DNA of 64,000 bases from a virus (taxonomy: Duplodnaviria; Heunggongvirae; Uroviricota; Caudoviricetes), in IMG/VR virus record IMGVR_UViG_3300042391_000580; one strand, given 5' to 3'. Positions 9,249-17,203 of this stretch are shown here, one piece after another; the first letter of the stretch is position 1; each line of letters begins with the position of its first letter. The notes beneath the pieces are model-generated. The model saw only the letters and a list, made by a program, of their open reading frames with translations. It was not told where the DNA came from and did not search any database. The position numbers and the translations under genes were made by a program.

Positions 9249-9341
9249 TGAGGGTTCGAGTCCCTCTACCTAATCGAAATAGTTTGTTGATGTATTATTG
9301 AATTTTGTTTGGACGGGAGTTCGATTCTCCCCACCTCCACA
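9249..9341 (+). ncRNA. ssrA: candidate tmRNA acceptor piece (T-arm GGGAG-TTCGATT-CTCCC + 3' acceptor strand CACCTCC-A) of a permuted two-piece ssrA
   Basis: close to E. coli tmRNA 3' end (UUUCGGACGCGGGUUCAACUCCCGCCAGCUCCACCA vs UUUGGACGGGAGUUCGAUUCUCCCCACCUCCA); pairs with GGGGGUG at 9437 with G3-U70. Confidence 0.4.
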
Positions 9342-9436
9342 AGAGTTTCCTTGAACTATAAACAAGGTGGTGGAGTCGCTGAGAAATCAGAGACCTAACA
9401 GTTTGAGGGAGCGTTCTGTTTAAAAACGTAACAATA

Positions 9437-9576
9437 GGGGGTGACTGGTTTTGACAGCAATCTAGTAGGTAGTAAGTAGAACTAATTTCAAATTTAAACG
9501 ACAACGTTTACCAACTTGGTGGGGTGCAAAGAATTGCAGCTTAACCACGCCTAGGGAGAGCGACATCTCCCTAACT
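9437..9576 (+). ncRNA. ssrA: candidate tmRNA coding piece: 5' tRNA-like strand GGGGGUGACUGGUUUUGAC, tag-like ORF ending GCA GCU UAA (..RIAA-stop) at 9542-9544, post-stop hairpin TAGGGAGA/TCTCCCTA
   Basis: 5' end resembles tmRNA consensus GGGGNUGAUUCUGGAUUCGAC; tag region shares AAACGAC...GCAGCUUAA with E. coli ANDENYALAA coding sequence; lies downstream of its own T-arm, implying permutation. Confidence 0.4.
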
Positions 9577-9650
9577 GGTCCTATAGCTCATTCGGTTAGA
9601 GCAACTGACTCATAATCAGTAGGTGCTTGGTTCGATTCCAAGTGGGACCA
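9577..9650 (+). tRNA. tRNA-Met (anticodon CAU; elongator type, could alternatively be tRNA-Ile2/lysidine)
   Basis: hand-folded cloverleaf: acceptor GGTCCTA/TGGGACC (one G-U), D-stem GCTC/GAGC, anticodon stem ACTGA/TCAGT with loop CTCATAA, T-stem CTTGG/CCAAG loop TTCGATT, discriminator A; CCA not encoded. Confidence 0.85.
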
Positions 9651-9913
9651 CTTAGCAAGGCATAAACGATAAGGAATACTCGTCACAGGTTTATGTTGAG
9701 TTGCAGACGGGCCGAAATGCTTACGGTTAACAAGGCTTAACTCATAAAGTCTAGAGAGCAAAATCTAACGAGTGACTGATGGAAAGACATCAACATGGGA
9801 AAGTAGCAGATAAGGTCGCCCCTGAACTGTGAGTGGGACTAATGTGACGGTCAATCGTAAAGGCTCAAGGTACGTAACAAGTAGTAGTTGGTTGGAGTAA
9901 GTGACTTAGCATC

Positions 9914-9937
9914 GGGGGTTCGATTCCCCCCTTTTTT
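9914..9937 (+). terminator. terminator closing the RNA island; hairpin mimics a tRNA T-arm
   Basis: GGGGG-TTCGATT-CCCCC followed by C TTTTTT. Confidence 0.5.
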
Positions 9938-9958
9938 ACAAACTAAAAATTATATAAA

Positions 9959-10156
9959 ATGTCAGTATTTAAAGTGTCTTTTATGGGAACTCGAATAGGA
10001 GAACATAATGGTAAGCCTAGTAAAATAAGATTTAAAGTGCAGGATGAAGAAGGTGAAGATTATTACAGTTCAGGGGGAGAACAAAAAATAGAATTTGATA
10101 TAGACTTAGAGTACAAGGATGTAACCAATTTAAAAATAACAGAAGTTTATGAATAA
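9959..10156 (+). CDS. hypothetical protein
   Basis: ORF track. Confidence 0.45.
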   Translation: MSVFKVSFMGTRIGEHNGKPSKIRFKVQDEEGEDYYSSGGEQKIEFDIDLEYKDVTNLKITEVYE

Positions 10157-10179
10157 AGTAAAAACAAAATTAATATAAG

Positions 10180-10485
10180 ATGAACGAACTATTTAAAAAA
10201 ACAAAAACAGACAGATTTCAGTTAGATGAAAACTACTTCCTAGAGTCAGATGGCTACCATGGGCTAACACTATTGTTTGAACAAGCTAGGATGAAGAAGA
10301 AAAAAGATGGTAGTGGGGAAGAAGAATACCTTTATGTAGACAAATGGTACTACCCTAAAGTATCAATGGTTCTCCATAAGTACTTAGAACTTGTAACAAA
10401 AGATACAAAATCTATAGAAGAATTAAGAGAAGTTGTGTTAAGGGTAGAAACAAAAATTGACTCCATTCGAGAGTCATGGAAATAG
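10180..10485 (+). CDS. hypothetical protein
   Basis: ORF track. Confidence 0.45.
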   Translation: MNELFKKTKTDRFQLDENYFLESDGYHGLTLLFEQARMKKKKDGSGEEEYLYVDKWYYPKVSMVLHKYLELVTKDTKSIEELREVVLRVETKIDSIRESWK

Positions 10486-10495
10486 TTTAACTAAT

Positions 10496-10526
10496 TTGCA
10501 AAAATAATTCTATTTTTGTATCTTTG
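10496..10526 (+). promoter_or_regulatory. promoter TTGCAAAAATAA...TATCTTTG upstream of nrdBA
   Basis: TTG 10496-10498, TATCTTTG 10519-10526. Confidence 0.5.
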
Positions 10527-10540
10527 TACCTTAATATCGG

Positions 10541-10572
10541 AGTACCTCTTTTAATTAGGAGGTACTTTTTTT
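10541..10572 (+). terminator. intrinsic terminator-like hairpin between promoter 10496-10526 and nrdB start
   Basis: AGTACCTC (10541-48) / GAGGTACT (10559-66) 8-bp stem, 10-nt loop, then T7. Confidence 0.5.
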
Positions 10573-10600
10573 ACCTTAATTTTTAAAATAATAAAAACCA

Positions 10601-11578
10601 ATGAGCATCTTCACAGAAAGAAAAAACTACAAGCCGTTTGAGTACAGCGGTATTACAGACCCCTTAATTAATGCAATGTGGGCCGGACACTGGACTCATA
10701 ATGAGTTCAATTTTTTGAATGACATTCAAGATTACAAAACAAAATTAACAGTAGAAGAACAAGGAGTAGTCAAAAGAGCTATACTACTAACTTCACAAGT
10801 AGAAGTTGCTGTAAAATCTTATTGGTCTAACATTGGGAAGTTACTCCCTAAGCCTGAGATAGCTGACATGGGGGCAGTATTCGGAGGGGTAGAAGTTGTC
10901 CACTCAAAAGCATATGCAGAGATACTATCAAAACTTGGATTGGAAGATCAATTTGAAGATTTGTTCTCAGAGCCGGTTGTTGTTGGGAGAGTGAATTATT
11001 TAACAAAGTATATCAACAAGATATACAAAAATGACCATAAGAATATTTGCTATTCTTTAGTTTTATTTACATTATTCACAGAATATACTGCTTTATTTTC
11101 ACAATTCTATACTATTCTAGGATTTAATAGGTTCAGAGGAGTGCTTAAAGATGTAGCAAATGTAGTGCAATATACTTCGAAAGAGGAAAACTTACATGCA
11201 GAAGGTGGTATTGCCTTACTTAACCAAATTAGAGCAGAGCACCCAGAATTATTTGATGCAGAGTTTGTTGAGAAGATTAGACAAGAAGTACTAGAGGCTT
11301 ACAAAGCTGAGGCAGATTTGATTGACTGGATTCTAGAGGGTTATGAAAATGAGTTTTTATCCCCTAAGATTTTAAAAGGTTATGTACAAATTAGATTAAA
11401 CGATGCCCTAGAGAAAATTGGTATGGGAACTTCTTTTGAGATTGATCCTCAGATTAGGGAAGAAACTCTTTGGATGGAAGAAGAAGTTTATGCAAGTGCT
11501 TTGACAGACTTCTTTCACAAAAAACCTATTGATTATAGTAAAAAAATGAAAACGTATAACGAAGAAGATTTATTTTAA
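10601..11578 (+). CDS. nrdB: ribonucleotide reductase class I small (beta) subunit
   Basis: di-iron ligand ExxH motifs VEVVHSKAYAE and SKEENLHAEG; size and adjacency to alpha subunit. Confidence 0.85.
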   Translation: MSIFTERKNYKPFEYSGITDPLINAMWAGHWTHNEFNFLNDIQDYKTKLTVEEQGVVKRAILLTSQVEVAVKSYWSNIGKLLPKPEIADMGAVFGGVEVVHSKAYAEILSKLGLEDQFEDLFSEPVVVGRVNYLTKYINKIYKNDHKNICYSLVLFTLFTEYTALFSQFYTILGFNRFRGVLKDVANVVQYTSKEENLHAEGGIALLNQIRAEHPELFDAEFVEKIRQEVLEAYKAEADLIDWILEGYENEFLSPKILKGYVQIRLNDALEKIGMGTSFEIDPQIREETLWMEEEVYASALTDFFHKKPIDYSKKMKTYNEEDLF

Positions 11579-11579
11579 G

Positions 11580-13226
11580 ATGGAAGATTTTAATTGGTTA
11601 AACAAAGACTCAAGAGCATTTCTTGAAAAAGACTACTTATTAGAGGGGGTTACCCCTGAAGAACGTATCAGACAAATAGCAGATACAGCAGAAAGTGTAC
11701 TAGGTATTGAAGGATTTTCAGATAAATTCTACGGCTACATGGCTAAAGGATTTTATTCATTAGCTACACCGGTTTGGATGAATTTTGGCCTTGATAGAGG
11801 GTTACCTATATCTTGTTATGGAATTGACATTCAAGATGACACAATGGATATTCTGAGAGCAACAGCTGAGATTGGTGCCTTAACTAAAATGGGAGGTGGT
11901 ACTGCCGGTTACTTCGGTAAGTTAAGAGGTAGAGGTGCACCTATTCGTAACAATGGAGTTTCAAACGGAGCTGTTAGTTTCTTACTACCTTTCCAAACAA
12001 CAACAGATGTTATTACACAAGGTCAAGCAAGAAGAGGTTATTTTGCTGCTTACTTACCTGTTGATCACCCAGATATTGAGGAGTTTTTACAATGTAGGAA
12101 TGAAGGTAATGTTATTCAAAATATTGCTCTAGGAGTTTGTATCTCAGATGAATGGATGGAGTCAGCAGAGGCCGGGGATAAAGATAAAAGAAAAATCTTA
12201 GCCAAGATACACCAAAAAAGAGCAGAGTCTGGGTTTCCTTACATCTTCTTTACCGGTAATGTAAACAAGAATAAGCCTAAAGTGTACAAAGATAAAGAGA
12301 TGGATATTAACCACTCTCAGATGTGTACAGAAATCTTAGAATATACAGATGAGCATAAATCATTTGTTTGTTGTTTATCTTCCTTGAACCTTTTACATTG
12401 GGATGAGATGGTTCAAACAGATGCAGTTGAAACTTTGGCTTACTTCTTAGATGCAGTTTATTCTGAGTTTATACAAAAGGCAGATGGTATTCCATTTATG
12501 GAGAAAGCTTTGTTGTTCGCAAAAGAACACAGAAGTATCGGTATTGGAGTTCTTGGATGGCACAGTTTCTTACAATCTAAACTTATTCCTTTTGAGGGCT
12601 TAGAATCTAAGATGTTGAATGCCGAGATTTTTAGAACTATCAACGATAAAAGTTTAATTGCAAGTATGCAGTTAGCAACTATGTTTGGGGAGCCGGAAAT
12701 GCTGAAAGGTTACGGACAAAGATTTACAACTAGACTAGCAATTGCCCCTACAACAAGTTCGTCTTTTATCCTTGGACAAGTTAGTCCAAGTATTGAGCCA
12801 TTACAGTCTAATTACTTTATTAAAGATCTAGCTAAAGGTAAGTTTGTTTATAGAAACCCTTACTTAAAGAAGTTATTGAAAGATAAAGAGCAGGATACTC
12901 CGGAAGTATGGAACAGCATCTTATTAAAAGGTGGTTCAGTACAACATTTAGATATTCTTGACGAAAAAGAAAAATTAGTATTCAAAACATTTGGTGAGAT
13001 AAGCCAATTAGAAATAGTACAACAAGCTGCCCAAAGACAGAGATTTATTGACCAAGGGCAGTCTTTAAACCTAATGATACACCCTGATACTTCCTTGAAA
13101 GAAGTCAATGCGTTGTTCTTTGAGTCTTGGAAGTTAGGTATAAAAACACTTTATTATCAAAGAAGTGTGAATATGGCCCAAGAGGTTAGCCGTAATCTTA
13201 TGGATTGCTCTAGTTGTGAGGGGTAA
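11580..13226 (+). CDS. nrdA: ribonucleotide reductase class I large (alpha) subunit, short form without ATP cone
   Basis: active-site NHSQMCTEI (cf SNLCTEI) and CCLSSLNL, C-terminal CSSCEG redox pair. Confidence 0.85.
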   Translation: MEDFNWLNKDSRAFLEKDYLLEGVTPEERIRQIADTAESVLGIEGFSDKFYGYMAKGFYSLATPVWMNFGLDRGLPISCYGIDIQDDTMDILRATAEIGALTKMGGGTAGYFGKLRGRGAPIRNNGVSNGAVSFLLPFQTTTDVITQGQARRGYFAAYLPVDHPDIEEFLQCRNEGNVIQNIALGVCISDEWMESAEAGDKDKRKILAKIHQKRAESGFPYIFFTGNVNKNKPKVYKDKEMDINHSQMCTEILEYTDEHKSFVCCLSSLNLLHWDEMVQTDAVETLAYFLDAVYSEFIQKADGIPFMEKALLFAKEHRSIGIGVLGWHSFLQSKLIPFEGLESKMLNAEIFRTINDKSLIASMQLATMFGEPEMLKGYGQRFTTRLAIAPTTSSSFILGQVSPSIEPLQSNYFIKDLAKGKFVYRNPYLKKLLKDKEQDTPEVWNSILLKGGSVQHLDILDEKEKLVFKTFGEISQLEIVQQAAQRQRFIDQGQSLNLMIHPDTSLKEVNALFFESWKLGIKTLYYQRSVNMAQEVSRNLMDCSSCEG

Positions 13227-13252
13227 TTAATTTTATTATTTTTTGTTTTTAG

Positions 13253-13276
13253 CCCTCCAGAAATGGGGGGTTTTTT
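13253..13276 (+). terminator. intrinsic terminator after nrdA
   Basis: CCCTCC-AGAAAT-GGGGGG then TTTTTT. Confidence 0.6.
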
Positions 13277-13304
13277 ATTTTATTAAAAAAAGTTTAACTT
13301 TTTC

Positions 13305-13335
13305 TTGCACATGTTAAATATTCTCCATATCTTTG
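13305..13335 (+). promoter_or_regulatory. promoter TTGCACATG...TATCTTTGCA
   Basis: TTG 13305-13307, TATCTTTG 13328-13335. Confidence 0.55.
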
Positions 13336-13362
13336 CAAAGTGAAATTAAAACATTAAAAATT

Positions 13363-13569
13363 ATGAAAAAATTATTATTACTTTTAATAGGGGTTGCTAC
13401 ATTATCTTGCTCCTCAGTAGAACAAAGAATAAAAGAGTATTCTTACACAAACGAGTGGTACTATATGGGTACTGAAAGATACCAAGTTTACAAAACAGAA
13501 AATGGTAGAAGGTATATTGTTGTGTTGAACAACAAACAAACTAATTTTAAACGTAAATATATTAAATAA
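13363..13569 (+). CDS. small lipoprotein (68 aa)
   Basis: ATG at 13363 (track start 13333 is an alternative TTG start codon inside the promoter); MKKLLLLLIGVATLSCSS lipobox. Confidence 0.5.
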   Translation: MKKLLLLLIGVATLSCSSVEQRIKEYSYTNEWYYMGTERYQVYKTENGRRYIVVLNNKQTNFKRKYIK

Positions 13570-13575
13570 TAAGAT

Positions 13576-14112
13576 ATGTATAAATTTAACAAAGACAGCT
13601 TAATTTACGAGAGAGTAAACATTTGGAAGTATGTTGGTATGATTGCCTTTTCTTTATTGATAGTATTCACATTAAGCTCTTTTGTTTTGAAAGAGGTTGT
13701 AATAGTCAACGCAGAAAAAGAAGTTATTTTAAAAACCAATGAGGACTTCTCTAAAGATAAGTTATTATTAGAAGTAGAAAAATACTCCTTTAAGTACCCC
13801 GATATTGTGATGGCCCAGGCTATTCTAGAAAGTGGGCATTTTAAATCTCCGGTATTCAAACAAAACCACAATATGTTTGGTATGAGACAGGCATTACGTA
13901 GAATAAGCACTGCACAGGGCTCAAATCTTAATCATGCGTATTATACTAGTTGGAAGGATTGCGTAGCTGACAGAGCCTTATATGAAGCCCAGTACCTATC
14001 TAAGCTGACAAGAGAACAATACTTTTCTTACTTAGACCAAGTTTATGCTGAGGGTGGAGGTTATAGCAAACTATTAAAGCAGGTAATACAAAAAATGAGC
14101 CATGATAAATAA
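13576..14112 (+). CDS. membrane-anchored peptidoglycan hydrolase, glucosaminidase (FlgJ/mannosyl-glycoprotein endo-beta-N-acetylglucosaminidase) domain
   Basis: N-terminal TM helix then AQAILESGHFKSPVFKQNHNMFGM, classic glucosaminidase-domain motif. Confidence 0.65.
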   Translation: MYKFNKDSLIYERVNIWKYVGMIAFSLLIVFTLSSFVLKEVVIVNAEKEVILKTNEDFSKDKLLLEVEKYSFKYPDIVMAQAILESGHFKSPVFKQNHNMFGMRQALRRISTAQGSNLNHAYYTSWKDCVADRALYEAQYLSKLTREQYFSYLDQVYAEGGGYSKLLKQVIQKMSHDK

Positions 14113-14704
14113 TCTAAATTCAATAAGGCCGTTGCTTAATTACGAAAGTAAAGGAGACTTCTACATGTTGTATATCTTTAAGCGTAAAAAAGACCAACCG
14201 GAAGGAGAAAGAGATAATCATCAATCTGTAAGGACAATCAAGACATACTGTATTGAAAGTATTGAGCACCTAGAAAGACGATATGATGAGATAATTCAAT
14301 TATGTGAGATGTTCAAAGCAAGGGCTTATATTCATGTTCAAAAACAAAACCATTTTGATGTATCATTAAGTATGATGTCTGCTTTGGCACAAAAGATTCA
14401 GAATGGAAACCATAATCAGAAGGGGCTGTTTGATTCAGTTGTAGGGCAAATAAAAACGCAAGAGAAAAGGTGGATTGTTGACGTTGATACTAAAGATCTT
14501 CAAGATTTAGTTGAGGTTGCGGAATTTATCTACAATCTTAGACCTATCGGACATAAGATTATAACCACACTCCCAACTAAAAACGGATTTCATTTAATAA
14601 CAGAGAGGTTTGATGTTAAATCATTTGGTGATAGATACCCAGAAATTGATATACAAAAGAAAAATCCAACACTGCTTTACTATCCAAAAAGCTTAGAAAA
14701 TTAA
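14102..14704 (+). CDS. hypothetical protein (200 aa)
   Basis: ORF track; no confident motif. Confidence 0.45.
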   Translation: MINNLNSIRPLLNYESKGDFYMLYIFKRKKDQPEGERDNHQSVRTIKTYCIESIEHLERRYDEIIQLCEMFKARAYIHVQKQNHFDVSLSMMSALAQKIQNGNHNQKGLFDSVVGQIKTQEKRWIVDVDTKDLQDLVEVAEFIYNLRPIGHKIITTLPTKNGFHLITERFDVKSFGDRYPEIDIQKKNPTLLYYPKSLEN

Positions 14705-14709
14705 AAATT

Positions 14710-15186
14710 ATGAGTACATTTTTTATATCCGACCTACATTTAGGTCATGAAAATATGGCTATCAAAAGAGGGTTCTCTTGTGCAGATGAGATGAACGAGC
14801 ACATCATTAAGTGTTGGAACTCTGTGATAAGTAAAAGAGACTTAGTTTACATACTTGGTGATGTTACAATGGAGAAAGTCAGAGATTATCCTATACTTCT
14901 ACAGCTTAAAGGGGAGAAGACAGTTGTTCTTGGTAACCACGATGAACCTCAGCACGCTAGAGAGCTGCTTAAGTATGTGAACAAAGTTGCAGGAATGATT
15001 GACTATAAAGGTAATTCTATACTTACACATTGCCCTATACACCCTAGTCAATTAGACTATAGATACAGCTATAATATTCATGGGCATGTCCATGAGAACA
15101 GCTTAGACGATCCTAGGTACATAAATGTATCATGTGAGGTAGTTGATTACACACCAGTAGAATATTTAAAATTAATAAATAAATAG
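14710..15186 (+). CDS. small calcineurin-like metallophosphoesterase
   Basis: SDLHLGH, GDV, GNHDE, GHVHE motif series. Confidence 0.7.
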   Translation: MSTFFISDLHLGHENMAIKRGFSCADEMNEHIIKCWNSVISKRDLVYILGDVTMEKVRDYPILLQLKGEKTVVLGNHDEPQHARELLKYVNKVAGMIDYKGNSILTHCPIHPSQLDYRYSYNIHGHVHENSLDDPRYINVSCEVVDYTPVEYLKLINK

Positions 15187-15187
15187 T

Positions 15188-15472
15188 ATGAAAATAGCAA
15201 CTAAAGAATTTGATATTGTAGCACATGATGAGTCTTTCGGTTATTTAATAACAGAGACATATTACATTATGGGGGTATCTATATGGTTACGTTACCATTA
15301 TGCCTCAGAACAATTACAAACACCCTTCGCAAAGATAGAAGAGGCAATCTACGCAATAACTGTGTTAGAAGATGAGTATGAATTAACTAATGTAAATTTT
15401 AAAGAAAACTTAGTGCTGTATGTACTATTAGTAATTTTTGTTCTTCTTATAATAAACAACACTTTTAAATAA
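15188..15472 (+). CDS. hypothetical protein with C-terminal TM anchor
   Basis: ORF track; LVLYVLLVIFVLLII hydrophobic tail. Confidence 0.4.
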   Translation: MKIATKEFDIVAHDESFGYLITETYYIMGVSIWLRYHYASEQLQTPFAKIEEAIYAITVLEDEYELTNVNFKENLVLYVLLVIFVLLIINNTFK

Positions 15473-15512
15473 TAAAAGCAGAAGAGCCAACTGTAAACCG
15501 GCAAAATTAATT

Positions 15513-15719
15513 ATGGAAATATTTGTATGGGCAATGGTAATATTGTCATTTGCAGCATTAATTTACTTTACTGTTAAACCTTATTTTAAAGGTCTTGACT
15601 ACAGTAAATTTAAGCAACCTGATTTTTCTATCGAGGAAGAGGTATTGGAAAAACCGGCTCCTAAGAAAAAGAGATACTACAAAAAAAGAAAGCCTAAAAA
15701 TGATAAAGGCGAAAAATAA
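15513..15719 (+). CDS. small membrane protein, N-terminal TM and basic tail
   Basis: MEIFVWAMVILSFAALIYF then KKKRYYKKRKPK. Confidence 0.4.
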   Translation: MEIFVWAMVILSFAALIYFTVKPYFKGLDYSKFKQPDFSIEEEVLEKPAPKKKRYYKKRKPKNDKGEK

Positions 15720-16236
15720 AGTGTGTATCGAATGTGGTAGAGATGATCAACCTTGGTTCTCAAAAAAGAGATGCCGAGGTTGTTCTATCATCCAGAATGC
15801 AAAGTCATCAATGACAGTAGTCAGAAAAGCTATAAAAAAACAAACAGATAAAAACAAGGAATATCGTAAATCGCAATCAGCAATACGTGACCCCTATTTT
15901 GAATATCACATAGCTAATTGTACAAGCTCTGAGCATAGTGGTGTGAATATATTTTTCCCTACTAGAGCAAATTGCTGTCATCTTTTTGACAAGGCTAGGC
16001 ATCAAAGTGTTCAAGGGAATTTAATAAATTGTGTTTATCTTACCTTAGATGAACATACTAGGTTTGATCAGTTATTGTATAGCCATCAGTTTGATAAACT
16101 ATCTAAAGAGTTCCCAAATGCTTGGGCACATGCTGTAAATAGAATGAAATTGTTATTACCAGAAGTAAAAGAAGAAACAAAATTTAAACATAGATTCGAA
16201 GAATGGATACAATCAAAACAGTCAGAGATAGACTAA
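15700..16236 (+). CDS. Cys-rich zinc-binding protein (CIECG...CRGC); internal ATG of track ORF 15595..16236
   Basis: start chosen to avoid 125-nt overlap with upstream ORF; CxxC pairs. Confidence 0.45.
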   Translation: MIKAKNKVCIECGRDDQPWFSKKRCRGCSIIQNAKSSMTVVRKAIKKQTDKNKEYRKSQSAIRDPYFEYHIANCTSSEHSGVNIFFPTRANCCHLFDKARHQSVQGNLINCVYLTLDEHTRFDQLLYSHQFDKLSKEFPNAWAHAVNRMKLLLPEVKEETKFKHRFEEWIQSKQSEID

Positions 16237-16350
16237 ATCATGTAAAGTCAGATTTGGCTACATTAAAACAGCCAAAGATGGGTAAGAGTCATTTTGATAG
16301 TCTTAGGATATGGGAGTTGGAACAAGAGAAAAAAGTTTTAGAAGAAAAGC

Positions 16351-16381
16351 TTGCAGAATTAAAAAACAATTCATAACTTTG
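16351..16381 (+). promoter_or_regulatory. promoter TTGCAGAATTAAAA...TAACTTTGCA
   Basis: TTG 16351-16353, TAACTTTG 16374-16381. Confidence 0.55.
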
Positions 16382-16412
16382 CAAAAAATTTATTAACAAT
16401 AAAAAAATTAAT

Positions 16413-16682
16413 ATGTATTACAATACTACAAATGAATCAGCAGAACAATTAAAAACGTTCAAAGGTAAAGCAACAAAGCAAGAAAATGAAATTTTGCAGT
16501 TGTTCAAAAGAGATAGTTTTTTGTCACCCTCAGATGTACAAAAAGAATTTCAAAACTACCCCCTAACTTCAGTTAGACGTGCAATTACTAACCTAACAAT
16601 AGCAGGGCTTTTAGAAAAAACTGCTGACAAAAGACCGGGTATCTATGGAAGAAACGAGTGTGTTTGGAAATATAAGTGCTAA
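16413..16682 (+). CDS. putative winged-HTH DNA-binding protein
   Basis: SPSDVQKEF...TSVRRAITNLTIAGLLEK helix-turn-helix-like segment; promoter 16351-16381 upstream. Confidence 0.4.
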   Translation: MYYNTTNESAEQLKTFKGKATKQENEILQLFKRDSFLSPSDVQKEFQNYPLTSVRRAITNLTIAGLLEKTADKRPGIYGRNECVWKYKC

Positions 16683-16903
16683 CAATGAGTAAAGCATACG
16701 AAGAAAGAAAACAATGGTTCTTAGATAGAGTAGGCAAAAGAGTATTTAGAGAATCAAATGGTTGTACCTGTGGGGTATGTGAACATAATCAAAAGAATGG
16801 GATAGTTATTACAAGTGATATGCATGCCTTATATATGCTAGATATGGAGGGTATGAGTAATATACCGGAAGAATCAGACCACCCATTTAAATACAGAGAT
16901 TAA
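16676..16903 (+). CDS. hypothetical protein (CxxC...CxxC)
   Basis: ORF track. Confidence 0.4.
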   Translation: MLTMSKAYEERKQWFLDRVGKRVFRESNGCTCGVCEHNQKNGIVITSDMHALYMLDMEGMSNIPEESDHPFKYRD

Positions 16904-16904
16904 T

Positions 16905-17198
16905 ATGAAAATAGGAATTGGAGAACACTGTTTTGGTTCATACGTTAGTGTAGATGATACTAACTTATGTAATGATGAGTATGTAGACTTAGAACTACAA
17001 AGAGAAGGTAGGATAATAATTTTATCTGAATTAACAAAAAACATAGATAACATACCTGCATACTATTGGAAAGAATTAGCAGAAATGGCTATGTCAAATA
17101 ACGAGAGTTTTGAAGTAGACCAAGAAGAGTCTTTTCATGATACTTGTGAACAATGTGGTAATTGGAATAACCATACAACGTATAACAAAAAACAATAA
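16905..17198 (+). CDS. hypothetical acidic protein
   Basis: ORF track. Confidence 0.4.
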   Translation: MKIGIGEHCFGSYVSVDDTNLCNDEYVDLELQREGRIIILSELTKNIDNIPAYYWKELAEMAMSNNESFEVDQEESFHDTCEQCGNWNNHTTYNKKQ

Positions 17199-17203
17199 AA
17201 GTA

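Noticed and set aside
9295-9504. Minus-strand 69-aa ORF across the tmRNA-like region
   Set aside because: Overlaps the tRNA-like T-arm and acceptor elements on the opposite strand. No start context or promoter.
9914-9940. Third tRNA T-arm-like hairpin GGGGG-TTCGATT-CCCCC as a tRNA or tmRNA 3' end
   Set aside because: The following 7 nt (CTTTTTT) cannot pair with any upstream 5' strand, including GGGGGUG at 9437. Re-interpreted as an intrinsic terminator.
11935-13108. Small internal ORFs inside nrdA (11935..12132 +, 12458..12643 -, 12860..13108 -)
   Set aside because: Embedded in or antisense to a gene with clear RNR active-site motifs.
13333-13362. Track start of ORF 13333..13569 (MQSEIK...)
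   Set aside because: The first codon is TTG lying inside the promoter -7 element. The in-frame ATG at 13363 gives a canonical lipoprotein signal and is preferred.
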